Positions 50,202 through 59,703 of a stretch of 64,000 nucleotides of DNA are shown piece by piece. The DNA is from a virus: positions 32,001-96,000 of IMG/VR virus record IMGVR_UViG_3300028377_000004; one strand, given 5' to 3'. Position 1 is the stretch's first letter; each line of letters opens with the position of its first letter. The notes under the pieces are model-generated. The model did not search any database. It saw only the letters and a program-made list of their open reading frames with translations, and had not been told where the DNA came from. Both the position numbers and the translations under genes were made by a program.

Positions 50202-51542
50202 TTATTCATTATCTAATTCTGCTAATTCTTCGGGACTCAGTTCGGTTTCATCAGGGCTGAAAGTCATCGCATCTCCTCCATCATCAAAATCAGGATCCGT
50301 AGGAAAGAAAAACATCTCATCCTCATCTCCTCCATCATCAAAATCAGGATCGTCGGGAGAAAAAATCATCTCATTTGCGGAAGCCTCTTCCTCAGTGAAA
50401 AACATATCATCGTTTAATCCTCCACCACCTGTGAAATTATTCTCAGAAATGGAGGAAATCGAGTCCTGAAACCGGACTGTAAAATCAAATTTATACTCCA
50501 GAGTAAAAGGTGTTGCTTCGGATTCTGTAATAGAAAACGAGTCAAAAGACCCCGTATAAATAGTTCCATCATAGAAAATTTTTACGCTCCCCAAGACAGA
50601 AATTCGACGGTCTAAATTGTAGATATATGAGTTGTTCTGGTAAATCTGGAACAGGTTCATAAAATTCTGATATGCGGCAGACGATTGTCTATTGATCTGA
50701 GTAAGACCTCCAGTCCCTTGTCCCCTTCGATTAGTGGAATGGATATAGGTAGCTCCAATCGTACCCCCAGCACTGATAGTAGGCTGTTGTAAACCCCAGT
50801 GTTCAACTATGTAGCCATTTCTTCCTTTATTACCATCACTTATGACATGGTTATACGATATACTAAACTCCGAAGGGTTTACATACATGATAAGTGGGGG
50901 GAGATCTTTCATGGCTAATATTTGTGCCCTTATGAACCCTTCGTTGTCCTCTTCTTGTCTGGCTTGTCTTATTTCTTCACTTCTTGCTGCAAAGGTATCT
51001 CGTATTTCTTCTCGATTGGCCACTAGACTTCTACTTTGATTAAGAAGATCCCGATCAACTCTCCCTTTTTGGTTTTGGAAATTGCGATATCTTTCTATCT
51101 GTGTATTCAGGTAGTTCCCTATGTCCAATTCTTTAGGTTCAAAAACTACAGACTCATTGGGATTACCTGCTACTCTGGATCCTGTTGCTTCTGCCTCAAA
51201 GTTCCCGTCTAATTGTCGGGACTTAATGGGGCGTATCTCTAATTCCTGTGGGGCATTGATAGGGACGCTCCGGCTTTCTGTACTTGGATAGGTATCTGGG
51301 GGAACCAAAGCTATCATAACGGGTATGAGAGGCTTCTGAGTAGTTCCTACCGCAGCGTGTGGCGCAGGTTGTCCGTGAAACTCTACCCCTTTCTGACTAT
51401 TCAGGATTCCATACTCAGATAAATTAGATCTGGTAATTTGAAAGGTCCTTTTAATAGTGTTGGCCTGTTGGTCATTAACACTAAGATCTTCCTCTTCATC
51501 AAGAAAACCCGCGACCGGATCTATTTCTACAATTCCTGCCAT
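50202..51542 (-). CDS. Tail tube initiator-like protein (gp48/gp54-like) with acidic repeat tail
   Basis: LIMYVNPSEFSISY...YIVEHWG....ISAGG...YTGSFDSFSITE....PF..Y.F.F.V. Confidence 0.6.
   Translation of the reverse strand: MAGIVEIDPVAGFLDEEEDLSVNDQQANTIKRTFQITRSNLSEYGILNSQKGVEFHGQPAPHAAVGTTQKPLIPVMIALVPPDTYPSTESRSVPINAPQELEIRPIKSRQLDGNFEAEATGSRVAGNPNESVVFEPKELDIGNYLNTQIERYRNFQNQKGRVDRDLLNQSRSLVANREEIRDTFAARSEEIRQARQEEDNEGFIRAQILAMKDLPPLIMYVNPSEFSISYNHVISDGNKGRNGYIVEHWGLQQPTISAGGTIGATYIHSTNRRGQGTGGLTQINRQSSAAYQNFMNLFQIYQNNSYIYNLDRRISVLGSVKIFYDGTIYTGSFDSFSITESEATPFTLEYKFDFTVRFQDSISSISENNFTGGGGLNDDMFFTEEEASANEMIFSPDDPDFDDGGDEDEMFFFPTDPDFDDGGDAMTFSPDETELSPEELAELDNE
50270..50351. repeat. Two exact 28-bp direct repeats, period 54 (encode DPDFDDGGD)
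   Basis: catctcctccatcatcaaaatcaggatc at 50270 and 50324. Confidence 0.85.
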
Positions 51543-51557
51543 ATTGAGATCTCTTAG

Positions 51558-52112
51558 TTAGTAGACAAAAGTATAACGCTCTTTTTGAGCCTTGAAAGAC
51601 CAATCTACGGTAAAAGAAAAAGGCTGCTCCGCAGTTTCATTTTCATTAAATGAGGTGAAGTATCCATCATAAATACCTCCTCCAAATAGAAGCCTAATTC
51701 TTCCTCTGAATTGGACATTCCCTTTGTCGTCATAGACCGAACCATTATTCTTATAAACGTCTAAAAGTTGCTTTATCTTTCGATGTGCAATCGTATTACG
51801 GCGGTCATAAGTGGTCACTCCATTTTCCACAGACACAAAAGCTCCGGTTGAACCAGAAGCGGATATATCAGTTAGTTCCTTACCAAAATGCTGCTCTACA
51901 AATCCACCTTTCGTTTGGACTCTATTTACGTTCTGTGAATAGGAAAAATCCAGGTTCTGAGGGTTAACATGAAGATACAGATAATCCGGTAGAAGAGGCG
52001 TATTTAGGTCGGGAGCTAGGACTTGAAATAAGACAGGCATGGCTCCTTTGGCATTCCTACCCCCTTCAAAAGCAGATGGAATACTGAAACGACTATTATT
52101 CTGATTGGGCAT
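51558..52112 (-). CDS. Tail tube initiator-like protein
   Basis: Likely start MPNQ at 52112; LHVNPQNLDFSY...GGFVEQHFG....ISASG...YDGYFTSFNE.E...PF. Confidence 0.65.
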   Translation of the reverse strand: MPNQNNSRFSIPSAFEGGRNAKGAMPVLFQVLAPDLNTPLLPDYLYLHVNPQNLDFSYSQNVNRVQTKGGFVEQHFGKELTDISASGSTGAFVSVENGVTTYDRRNTIAHRKIKQLLDVYKNNGSVYDDKGNVQFRGRIRLLFGGGIYDGYFTSFNENETAEQPFSFTVDWSFKAQKERYTFVY

Positions 52113-53124
52113 AACTAAACTCCTCCCCTCGAATGATATATTTCTCAAAAACTTCTTCATGTTCCGAAGGAAGAACGCCCAAACAATACATAGAAAACGC
52201 TTCACAGAAATGTTCTTCTTCGTTTACGGAAGAATACCTAGTAGGATATGAAAAATATTGTGTATAAGCATCTAAGATTTTTCGGGCGGATAAATAACCT
52301 CCACCCTCCAAAAAGAATTTGTCTCCTTCGATCTTGGTAATAAGAGGCTCGTCATTCCCTTGGATTGGAAACCCTAAAGGATCTCCAACATCTGGGAGGG
52401 GCATATTAGAACTACCAATACTTCGATGGTATCTGCCCCATTGTCTTTTTATTTCCTTATCTAGTTTTCTATTCCAGAGACGATGACCAAATTCATGTAT
52501 AAGAGCTTGAACTGCATCCGCATCTACTTTTTTACGGATACGAAGGCTGATATTATCATTCTCCACATTGTACCATGCGTTAGCATGTGCCTGTAATAAT
52601 TGCCCGGTTAAAAGAACGTCTCCATACAAAAGACTTTTTGCTGAGGGAACTGAACTTGAAGAAATAGACTTGTGTGATTTTCTAATTAGGTCTTTGATAA
52701 ACTCTAGCTCTTTCCCTTCTGCTCCTACCGTGTTATGTACAGTAAAAGGACCTACCTTAAACATCTCGTCAGAACCTAAAGACTTTTCGGGAAGGTCAAT
52801 GGTGGACCTAAGGAAATCAATACGTCTTTTATTTTTCTTAATCCAAGCCTTAGGCTTAGAGGGAGCCCTTTTTACTTTCATAAAAATTCGAGTAGCCATC
52901 TCCATATCTTTTTTAGAACGGGCGGGAATGGATTTATTATGCAAAACGTACTTAGCCAGTTTGATTCCCGCATTGATAAAAGGTATCAAAATACGCTTTG
53001 ACACCATCTTAGAATTGTGAGAAGGTTCAGTATCGACCAATTTCAAGCCTTTAATTAGTGCCTCATAAACTCTATCGAAATCCTTATAAAGTTGTCTTCC
53101 ATCCTCTGCTGAAAATTTAAGCAT
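52096..53124 (-). CDS. Putative zincin metallopeptidase
   Basis: LIHEFGHRLW and downstream YPTRYS..NEEEHFCEAF. Confidence 0.6.
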   Translation of the reverse strand: MLKFSAEDGRQLYKDFDRVYEALIKGLKLVDTEPSHNSKMVSKRILIPFINAGIKLAKYVLHNKSIPARSKKDMEMATRIFMKVKRAPSKPKAWIKKNKRRIDFLRSTIDLPEKSLGSDEMFKVGPFTVHNTVGAEGKELEFIKDLIRKSHKSISSSSVPSAKSLLYGDVLLTGQLLQAHANAWYNVENDNISLRIRKKVDADAVQALIHEFGHRLWNRKLDKEIKRQWGRYHRSIGSSNMPLPDVGDPLGFPIQGNDEPLITKIEGDKFFLEGGGYLSARKILDAYTQYFSYPTRYSSVNEEEHFCEAFSMYCLGVLPSEHEEVFEKYIIRGEEFSYAQSE

Positions 53125-56100
53125 TAACTTTCTCCATATCTTTTGCGTTCGGCCATTTCAAGAACTCTCAAAATAGTGTTTTCCACTTCTTGCAAATTCC
53201 CGCCATTAATATTAAAAGTGTTGTGCATTGCCATATTAGAAGATCCCCGGCCACTGCCGCCTGCTCCCAGAGCATTAAAAAGATCTGGTACAAACTGCCC
53301 AGATCTACCTGTCACTGTGTCAGCGATCTCATTGCTTTTGATAATCATATCTCCAGGGGCAAACAAGTGCGGAGCGAACCCTCCACTTAGGATCTGGGCA
53401 TCCTGAGCATCGGACAAATACCCTTGGTCCGTTAGAATTCTTCTAGCCTCATCCGCCTTAGGTCCTGCTATTGAAGAAGGATTATTGATGGCGAGGTTCG
53501 CATTTCCCTCAGAATAACCTATGTCCCTAAGTTGACTTATAGTTTCCCTCTTCTTTTTCTCATCTTCAATAGCTGTTGCAGTTTCTCTTGCCATCCTTAG
53601 GGTGGTTTCCCCATCTAGTATGGTGTCATTAGACACTTCGGTAGCAATCGTGGCTAGTCTATCTTCCATTTCGGCTTCAGTTAATACCCCTTCCTCCATA
53701 AGATCTGCTACTCGTGAATCTAGCCTTTCTTTCGCTCTGGCACGGGCACGGCGACCTCTGTTATCCTCCCGACCTTGATACATCTTCTGGTCAACTTCTG
53801 ACTCTAAACCTTCAGGTAGTTCAGGAGTCCCACCCCCGGGTCCCACAAAACTCGCGTACGGTCCATACTTTGCGAAGGCCACGACGTTTTCAATTATAGA
53901 ATTTACTGCCATTTCAACTGGATGCTCATCAATGACCTCTGCGGTCCTCTCCGCAGTAGTCCCTCCCGTTTCCGCTATTTCTTGTTCTTCTATTGATCCA
54001 ACTCTAGAACCTTCTACAGTTTCTATTGAGGCTCCCAGTCGTAGCTGTTCAATAGTACCTTTCTCTGTTTCTATAGTTTCGTTAAGACTTTCAATATCCT
54101 GTGCTATATTTCTCGCAGCATCAATGTCTTCGTTCTGGTTTGCTTCCCTCAATTCCTCTTCTTTTTGATGCATTTGGTCTTGCAATTGCTGAACTTCCCT
54201 TCTTCTTTCTGCTTCATACATGGTTCTATCGGCTTTTAGGATCGCTTCGTCATCTTTTAGAAGCCTAGCCACAAATGTTGAAATCATAGCAGTGTAATAC
54301 CCAATCGTATTAAGGGCATCATAAATCAGGTATTGAAGGATATCCGCAACGCTTTGTGTAGCCTCTACCTGCAATTCTGCTACATCTTTTTGCATATTAG
54401 CTTGCTGTCCAATTCTATCTTTTTCCTCATCAGACATGGCTTTGATAATATCATGCTGGTCTTCGATAGCCTGGTTTGTCTCTGCATTGATTAGTTGACC
54501 ATTCTCAACGCGAACATCCAGACCTCTATCTCTAGCCCAGGCCATGATTTCATTTTCATCCATTCCCTCTTCTACAGCTCTTTCCAAATAGGATAACTGA
54601 CCCTCACTTACCACAGAAAGTCGCTGCAAAGCAATGAGTTCTTTTTCATTGACGCCAACCTGTTCTGCATAGATGAGAGGGATGTCAGCAATCGGACCAA
54701 AAAGTTGTTCGAGGCCCGCAGTTTTGATTTCCATTTGGTCGAGGCCCCCCAAGTTTCTCATAGCATCTGCTACGTGAACTCCACCCTTATCAATACTCTC
54801 AATCATTTCAGCACTTTGCTGTAAATTTCGTAGCTGATCTTCTGAAACAGAGTCAATTCCTTTCGCATGAGCAATGAACTCCCCATAGGCATCACCATCT
54901 TTATCTCTAAGCTCTTGAAGTGCCGCCCCTAACTCTTCTCCACTGGAGACTGCATTAACTCCAAACTCTGATAGAGCAGTATTGATCCCGCTGAACCCTC
55001 CTTCCATTTCTCCGAGATTATTAAGCATTTCCCTAGAGGTTTCAGTCAACATCTCTTGAACTCTTCCTGTACCTGCTAATAGACCTGCTCGTATCCTTTC
55101 CTGTGCATTCATATTCTGAATACCGGTGGACATAGCGGTTGCAAACTCCTTGGCAGTGTCAGCGTCTAGGTGTTGACTCATCTCCCCAAGAATGAAAGAA
55201 GTCTCTTCGATCTTATAGTTGTAAAGACCCATTTGACCTGTAATTTGAGATACCGTGCTGAAAAAATTCTTTGTGGACATACTTGCTTTTTCCGCTGCAC
55301 CCACAACGTGCTGTAACTTCTCTTGGATCTGAGGCAACTCCATTGCATGTAAATCGGACAGTTTACCCACAAACTCCGAAACTGTCCCCATGTCAGTGGC
55401 TAAATTAAGAGAGGCTTCCCGCACCATGGTAACTACACTAGTAGCTGCATATCCAAAATCTGCATACCCGTCTCCTAGATCTGTTAAGCTTGCATTATGG
55501 TCTTCAAGAGCGCCGATAACTTCATAATGCTGTTTGGGATCAAGACCCAATCGAACATTGGTTCTAAAATCAGTAGCAGCTTCACTCAAAGCCTCCATTC
55601 TTTCTTTAGCTAAGGCAACGTTACCTTCTCCCAATTTCATTAGGGATACAGAAGAGGTTAACGCTTTATTTAATTCAATAACTTGAGCTTCGGAATCAAT
55701 AAGAAGCTTTACTAACATGCTGACGCCGCCGACAGCCATCATGATGGGACCTAGCATTTTTACCAGACCTCCCAGCATTTTAGTAATCCCTCCAATGCCC
55801 TTTCCAACGACGGGAAGATTACCTGCTCTCTCCATCATTGAAGGACCCATAGAAGAGTTATGTTTTCGTTTAGATGCTCTCCTCTGACGATCATGTGAGA
55901 ATTTCTTGGCCCCCGCTGTAATAGCTCCTCCCATAATTCCTGATAAAGAATTTAGGATCCCTGCAGCGTCCCCCTCAATAGCCCCTTTAATAGAGCCTCC
56001 AATGCCCTTTCCTAACTTGTCAGGGAGATCTTTTTTCAGGTACTCACTTAGGTCCTCCCGATTATCAATGAAGGCTTTTTTGAGGTCCTTCCCCTGTTCC

Positions 56101-56531
56101 TGTGCATTTTTAAGGAAGTCTACCTGTTTTTTCGATACCTCTTGATAAAAACTGTCGTAAGCTGCTTGTTTCTTAGCTAAAACTTTTTCATTACCAGATG
56201 CTTCTGCTTTTTTTAACTCATTCTCTAATTTAGCTAATTCCTTAATGGATTTTTGCATCTCATCGATGCCTTTCTGATTTTGTTCAAAAATCTGTTTGAA
56301 GGATCCTTTACCTTCAAACGATTTTAGCATTTCTTTATGAGAATCCCCAATTTCCGATATGGATTTCTGGAGATTTTTAAACTGCTTGACACCCTCCGAT
56401 TGAGATTTATTTATCCCCTTCTGGACTTTGTCGTAATGATTCCCCATCTGATCGATCAGATCAATAAGACCCCGAACACTGGAGTCATCTACGACCATCT
56501 CCATTTCAGTTGTAATTTTCTCATTAGCCAT
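53124..56531 (-). CDS. Tape measure protein
   Basis: 1135 aa, helical, Ala/Gly/Met-rich, with a hydrophobic segment; follows the chaperone genes. Confidence 0.8.
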   Translation of the reverse strand: MANEKITTEMEMVVDDSSVRGLIDLIDQMGNHYDKVQKGINKSQSEGVKQFKNLQKSISEIGDSHKEMLKSFEGKGSFKQIFEQNQKGIDEMQKSIKELAKLENELKKAEASGNEKVLAKKQAAYDSFYQEVSKKQVDFLKNAQEQGKDLKKAFIDNREDLSEYLKKDLPDKLGKGIGGSIKGAIEGDAAGILNSLSGIMGGAITAGAKKFSHDRQRRASKRKHNSSMGPSMMERAGNLPVVGKGIGGITKMLGGLVKMLGPIMMAVGGVSMLVKLLIDSEAQVIELNKALTSSVSLMKLGEGNVALAKERMEALSEAATDFRTNVRLGLDPKQHYEVIGALEDHNASLTDLGDGYADFGYAATSVVTMVREASLNLATDMGTVSEFVGKLSDLHAMELPQIQEKLQHVVGAAEKASMSTKNFFSTVSQITGQMGLYNYKIEETSFILGEMSQHLDADTAKEFATAMSTGIQNMNAQERIRAGLLAGTGRVQEMLTETSREMLNNLGEMEGGFSGINTALSEFGVNAVSSGEELGAALQELRDKDGDAYGEFIAHAKGIDSVSEDQLRNLQQSAEMIESIDKGGVHVADAMRNLGGLDQMEIKTAGLEQLFGPIADIPLIYAEQVGVNEKELIALQRLSVVSEGQLSYLERAVEEGMDENEIMAWARDRGLDVRVENGQLINAETNQAIEDQHDIIKAMSDEEKDRIGQQANMQKDVAELQVEATQSVADILQYLIYDALNTIGYYTAMISTFVARLLKDDEAILKADRTMYEAERRREVQQLQDQMHQKEEELREANQNEDIDAARNIAQDIESLNETIETEKGTIEQLRLGASIETVEGSRVGSIEEQEIAETGGTTAERTAEVIDEHPVEMAVNSIIENVVAFAKYGPYASFVGPGGGTPELPEGLESEVDQKMYQGREDNRGRRARARAKERLDSRVADLMEEGVLTEAEMEDRLATIATEVSNDTILDGETTLRMARETATAIEDEKKKRETISQLRDIGYSEGNANLAINNPSSIAGPKADEARRILTDQGYLSDAQDAQILSGGFAPHLFAPGDMIIKSNEIADTVTGRSGQFVPDLFNALGAGGSGRGSSNMAMHNTFNINGGNLQEVENTILRVLEMAERKRYGES

Positions 56532-56548
56532 GAGCTAGTTCCTCATTA

Positions 56549-57769
56549 TTAATCTTTATTGGGATCATCATCGCCAATAATATCGGGATAATCTAAAGCA
56601 TCGGGATAGGATAAGTCTTCTTCTGATACACGGTAGTAGTCATCCATTATGGTTCCACTTCTACTTTTCGTCTTTTTTCCGTGATTGCTTTCGTTTTCGC
56701 TTTTAATAATGCCCCATTTTTCAAGCCTTTCTCTGTTTTCTGCAAAGTCTCTATCTGTTCTATAAGAACCATCTTTCAAATGTTGGGCTTTTCTTATGTT
56801 TTGAGCGCGTACCTGTTCTTCTACTTCTCCCTCTTCATAGAATATGAAAGGATCTTCACTAGCATCGGTTCCTTTAAAAACCTTTTCCCTATTTTTTCGA
56901 GCTTCTTCCCTTTTAGCTTGTATTCTAGCCTGTTCTCTAAGATAATTTTCTTGAACCCGGTTTTCATGATCTTCAATTACACTATCATGGAAGTCTTTTT
57001 GACCTTTCAAAGACCTATTCATCTGTGTGAGAAGGTCATCCACGGACTCATTGGAGACTTTGATTTCGCCTTTAATATTTTCAGTAGCTTTATTGAAACC
57101 CGCAGATTTGAAAGCTTCTTCTCGTCTTCTACTTTCTTGACGCTGTTTATCTGCATCTTTTGCATCAATTTTTTTCAAAGCTTTTGGATTATGAACCGAA
57201 GCTTGAAATTTGGTGAGAGACCACTGACGATCATTTTCTTCTTTAATGTCATCAATGCTATTAAAAAAAGTCCATATTTTTTGATGCATATTAAGTCCTA
57301 GAGACGAAGTTCCTGAAATACCCGTAATTCTGGAATCATTTAGAGGGTGTCCCCGATAGGAATACCACCGTTGGCGAGAGAGGTACCCATAAGTATAAGG
57401 CTGAACCTTATGCATTTCCTTGGTAGCTTGTATGTTGAGGAATTTAAGCCGTCTTAGGATCCGATCTATGACGGGAGTTGGCAGGTCTAGAATCACGTCT
57501 ACAAGTTTTGGAATATAAAAATCCCTATCAGATAGCACGTTAACCTGATCAAATAGGAAAACACTATAGGCTATCATATAAGCCGATCTCTGTTTTTGCC
57601 TTTTTTGATAAGGTAAGTTGAAAGGGAGATAGACTTCCAGAAGATTATTTTCAAAGGTATTAATTGTTTTGAAGACGACTGGAGTTCCCCCCAAATCTGC
57701 GTGCAAAACTAAAAATCCTCGAAATAAGAGTTGTTCCAGATTGTCATATTTTGATCCTGTTGATATCAT
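56549..57769 (-). CDS. Putative tail assembly chaperone 2
   Basis: Immediately before the tape measure gene; N-terminus resembles that of the upstream gene. Confidence 0.55.
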   Translation of the reverse strand: MISTGSKYDNLEQLLFRGFLVLHADLGGTPVVFKTINTFENNLLEVYLPFNLPYQKRQKQRSAYMIAYSVFLFDQVNVLSDRDFYIPKLVDVILDLPTPVIDRILRRLKFLNIQATKEMHKVQPYTYGYLSRQRWYSYRGHPLNDSRITGISGTSSLGLNMHQKIWTFFNSIDDIKEENDRQWSLTKFQASVHNPKALKKIDAKDADKQRQESRRREEAFKSAGFNKATENIKGEIKVSNESVDDLLTQMNRSLKGQKDFHDSVIEDHENRVQENYLREQARIQAKREEARKNREKVFKGTDASEDPFIFYEEGEVEEQVRAQNIRKAQHLKDGSYRTDRDFAENRERLEKWGIIKSENESNHGKKTKSRSGTIMDDYYRVSEEDLSYPDALDYPDIIGDDDPNKD

Positions 57770-57793
57770 TGTGAGCTAGACCTACAACAAGAA

Positions 57794-58927
57794 TCATTTA
57801 TTTCGCTTATTAGGAGGTCGAAAATTTGGGTTTACGTTGGGATCCGGACCTTCATTAATTTTAGGATTACCCCTTTCAATGGGTTTTCTTGGGGTCAGGA
57901 CTTCTACATCATCGGAAAGAGAGGGATCTACTTTCATGTCGCCAGTATCATTCTTCCTTTTATTAGCATTCACAGTATTTTGAGGCCCGTCATGACCTCC
58001 TAATACCTGTGCATCTACCTGATTAAGAGGTTGCCTACCTTCATGTTGCTGGTCTTGTGCCTGGGTGTTATGACGACCTTGTCTCTGCATAAGCAATCGA
58101 TCCTGCGCCTCCGCAGCTGCTAATTCATCTCCCGCTAGAGGTTCACCATGTTCATTGTAATATAAAGGTTCCTCTCCTGTATTGGCAGGATGTTCCACTC
58201 TTTCAGGATGGTTTTGTGGTGGTGTTTCTTTTCTCGCAGGTTCCCTTTGTGGAGCGTTTTCATACATGAAGTCCTCTGAAACATGTGGCGGCTGTGAATC
58301 TTCATCCACTTCGCTAAACATCTGTTTCTTTAAAACTTCTTTATTTACAGAACTGTCTTCTTCTTCGATATCTGAAGAAGGCGCTTTATTTTTTTGAACC
58401 TTGGCTCTAAGCTCTCGCAATTCTTGTTCTAATTCTTCTATTCGTACTTCGGGGTCATTTTTAGCAAACTCAACCCCCTCCAAAGCTTTTTCCTGTGCCC
58501 TTTCAGTTAGTTCATTGAACTTCTTGAAAACGGTATCAATAACTGAATCTTCCCATTCAGAAACAATACCTCGTACAAAAACATGCTTTTGCACCTTAAT
58601 TGGATGTCCGGTTTGATCATCAATTTTATCTGTGGTAATATAGTCTACCCCATGAAAATCAATGGAGTCTAATTCCATAACAGCATAAGTTAATGTCTCT
58701 ATTTTCATTGCCTGAATCCAGTTAGAAAATGAAAAAGAATCTTCACTTTCTTGGGACAAATCAAACAGGGGTTGACACACTTGATTAGCTGCTTCGAGTT
58801 CCCGTCTTAAAACGGTTCGTAAAGTAATAGACCTCCCGATGATATCGAAAGTATCTTCTAGGTGGCCTAGTCTGCGGACTTTTTTGAGTCCTTGTTCGAT
58901 TTGACTGACGTGGAGAGTTTTTGACAT
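57794..58927 (-). CDS. Putative tail assembly chaperone 1
   Basis: G.LEDTF.I.GRSITLRTV...E...W.D.VID.VF.KF.EL pattern; position in the module. Confidence 0.55.
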   Translation of the reverse strand: MSKTLHVSQIEQGLKKVRRLGHLEDTFDIIGRSITLRTVLRRELEAANQVCQPLFDLSQESEDSFSFSNWIQAMKIETLTYAVMELDSIDFHGVDYITTDKIDDQTGHPIKVQKHVFVRGIVSEWEDSVIDTVFKKFNELTERAQEKALEGVEFAKNDPEVRIEELEQELRELRAKVQKNKAPSSDIEEEDSSVNKEVLKKQMFSEVDEDSQPPHVSEDFMYENAPQREPARKETPPQNHPERVEHPANTGEEPLYYNEHGEPLAGDELAAAEAQDRLLMQRQGRHNTQAQDQQHEGRQPLNQVDAQVLGGHDGPQNTVNANKRKNDTGDMKVDPSLSDDVEVLTPRKPIERGNPKINEGPDPNVNPNFRPPNKRNK

Positions 58928-59033
58928 TTTTAGTCCTCTAATTTAGATACAAATGTACTAGGGTTCGATCTTTTGGGACCGAATAATTTGATGAACAATG
59001 ATGTGGTTTATTATGTAAAGTATAGACGGAATA

Positions 59034-59690
59034 TTAGAGCACGTCGTTTTCGCGCATCCATTCAATATCGTCTTCTTCGGACCTGCCGGGGAATAGAAAT
59101 CCACAGCCTTGAAGTCTCATTTCATAACCCGCGCCGCCGTGACTAAGGGCATAAGGTCCATAAACGTAGGATGTTAACTTTCTTCCGGGAAAAGTAAGAC
59201 CTACCATTCTCTCAGGGGGAACTCTATCTAGAGGATCATAAGGTCTTTCATCTTTTATAACGAGTCGAACCCCTTTAAAAAGGGTAGCAGGATCAAAATC
59301 TACGACATTAGAAAACGAGTCAAATACTTCTTGCAGGAAAGGACCCATAACGGAAGAAGGGACATAGTATTTAGTGGACTCAAATTCAACTTTAACGCCC
59401 TTTACCTCGTAGAAAGGTTGAAAGTTGGACAAACCATGCCAATAAGTGGCCCAAGTCCCAATAAGCGCAAGAGGGACTAGCACAAGCCCAATCAAGGCTA
59501 CGGTTCCCGAAGTAAAACCATTAGTTACTACCAGAAAGATAGTAGCTATAACCGCCAATACAAGAAAGAGGGGGAGTGGCCAATTTCGGAGTAAAACAAA
59601 CTTCCATCGCATCGACATAGGAGGTTCCTCATAAGTATGAGGCTCTAGTAACCCTTTGTCATTTAGTATTCTCTGTACTTCATTTCTCAT
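59034..59690 (-). CDS. Membrane protein with two predicted TM helices
   Basis: WPLPLFLVLAVIATIFLVV and VALIGLVLVPLALIGTW. Confidence 0.7.
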   Translation of the reverse strand: MRNEVQRILNDKGLLEPHTYEEPPMSMRWKFVLLRNWPLPLFLVLAVIATIFLVVTNGFTSGTVALIGLVLVPLALIGTWATYWHGLSNFQPFYEVKGVKVEFESTKYYVPSSVMGPFLQEVFDSFSNVVDFDPATLFKGVRLVIKDERPYDPLDRVPPERMVGLTFPGRKLTSYVYGPYALSHGGAGYEMRLQGCGFLFPGRSEEDDIEWMRENDVL

Positions 59691-59703
59691 AATAGTTACC
59701 TTT

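Noticed and set aside
56681-57301. 206-aa plus-strand Phe-rich ORF
   Set aside because: Antisense shadow of a Lys/Glu-rich gene; the same applies to most other short track ORFs inside larger genes.
57770-57810. Programmed -1 frameshift between tail chaperones
   Set aside because: No X_XXY_YYZ heptamer near the stop, and the second gene has its own ATG.
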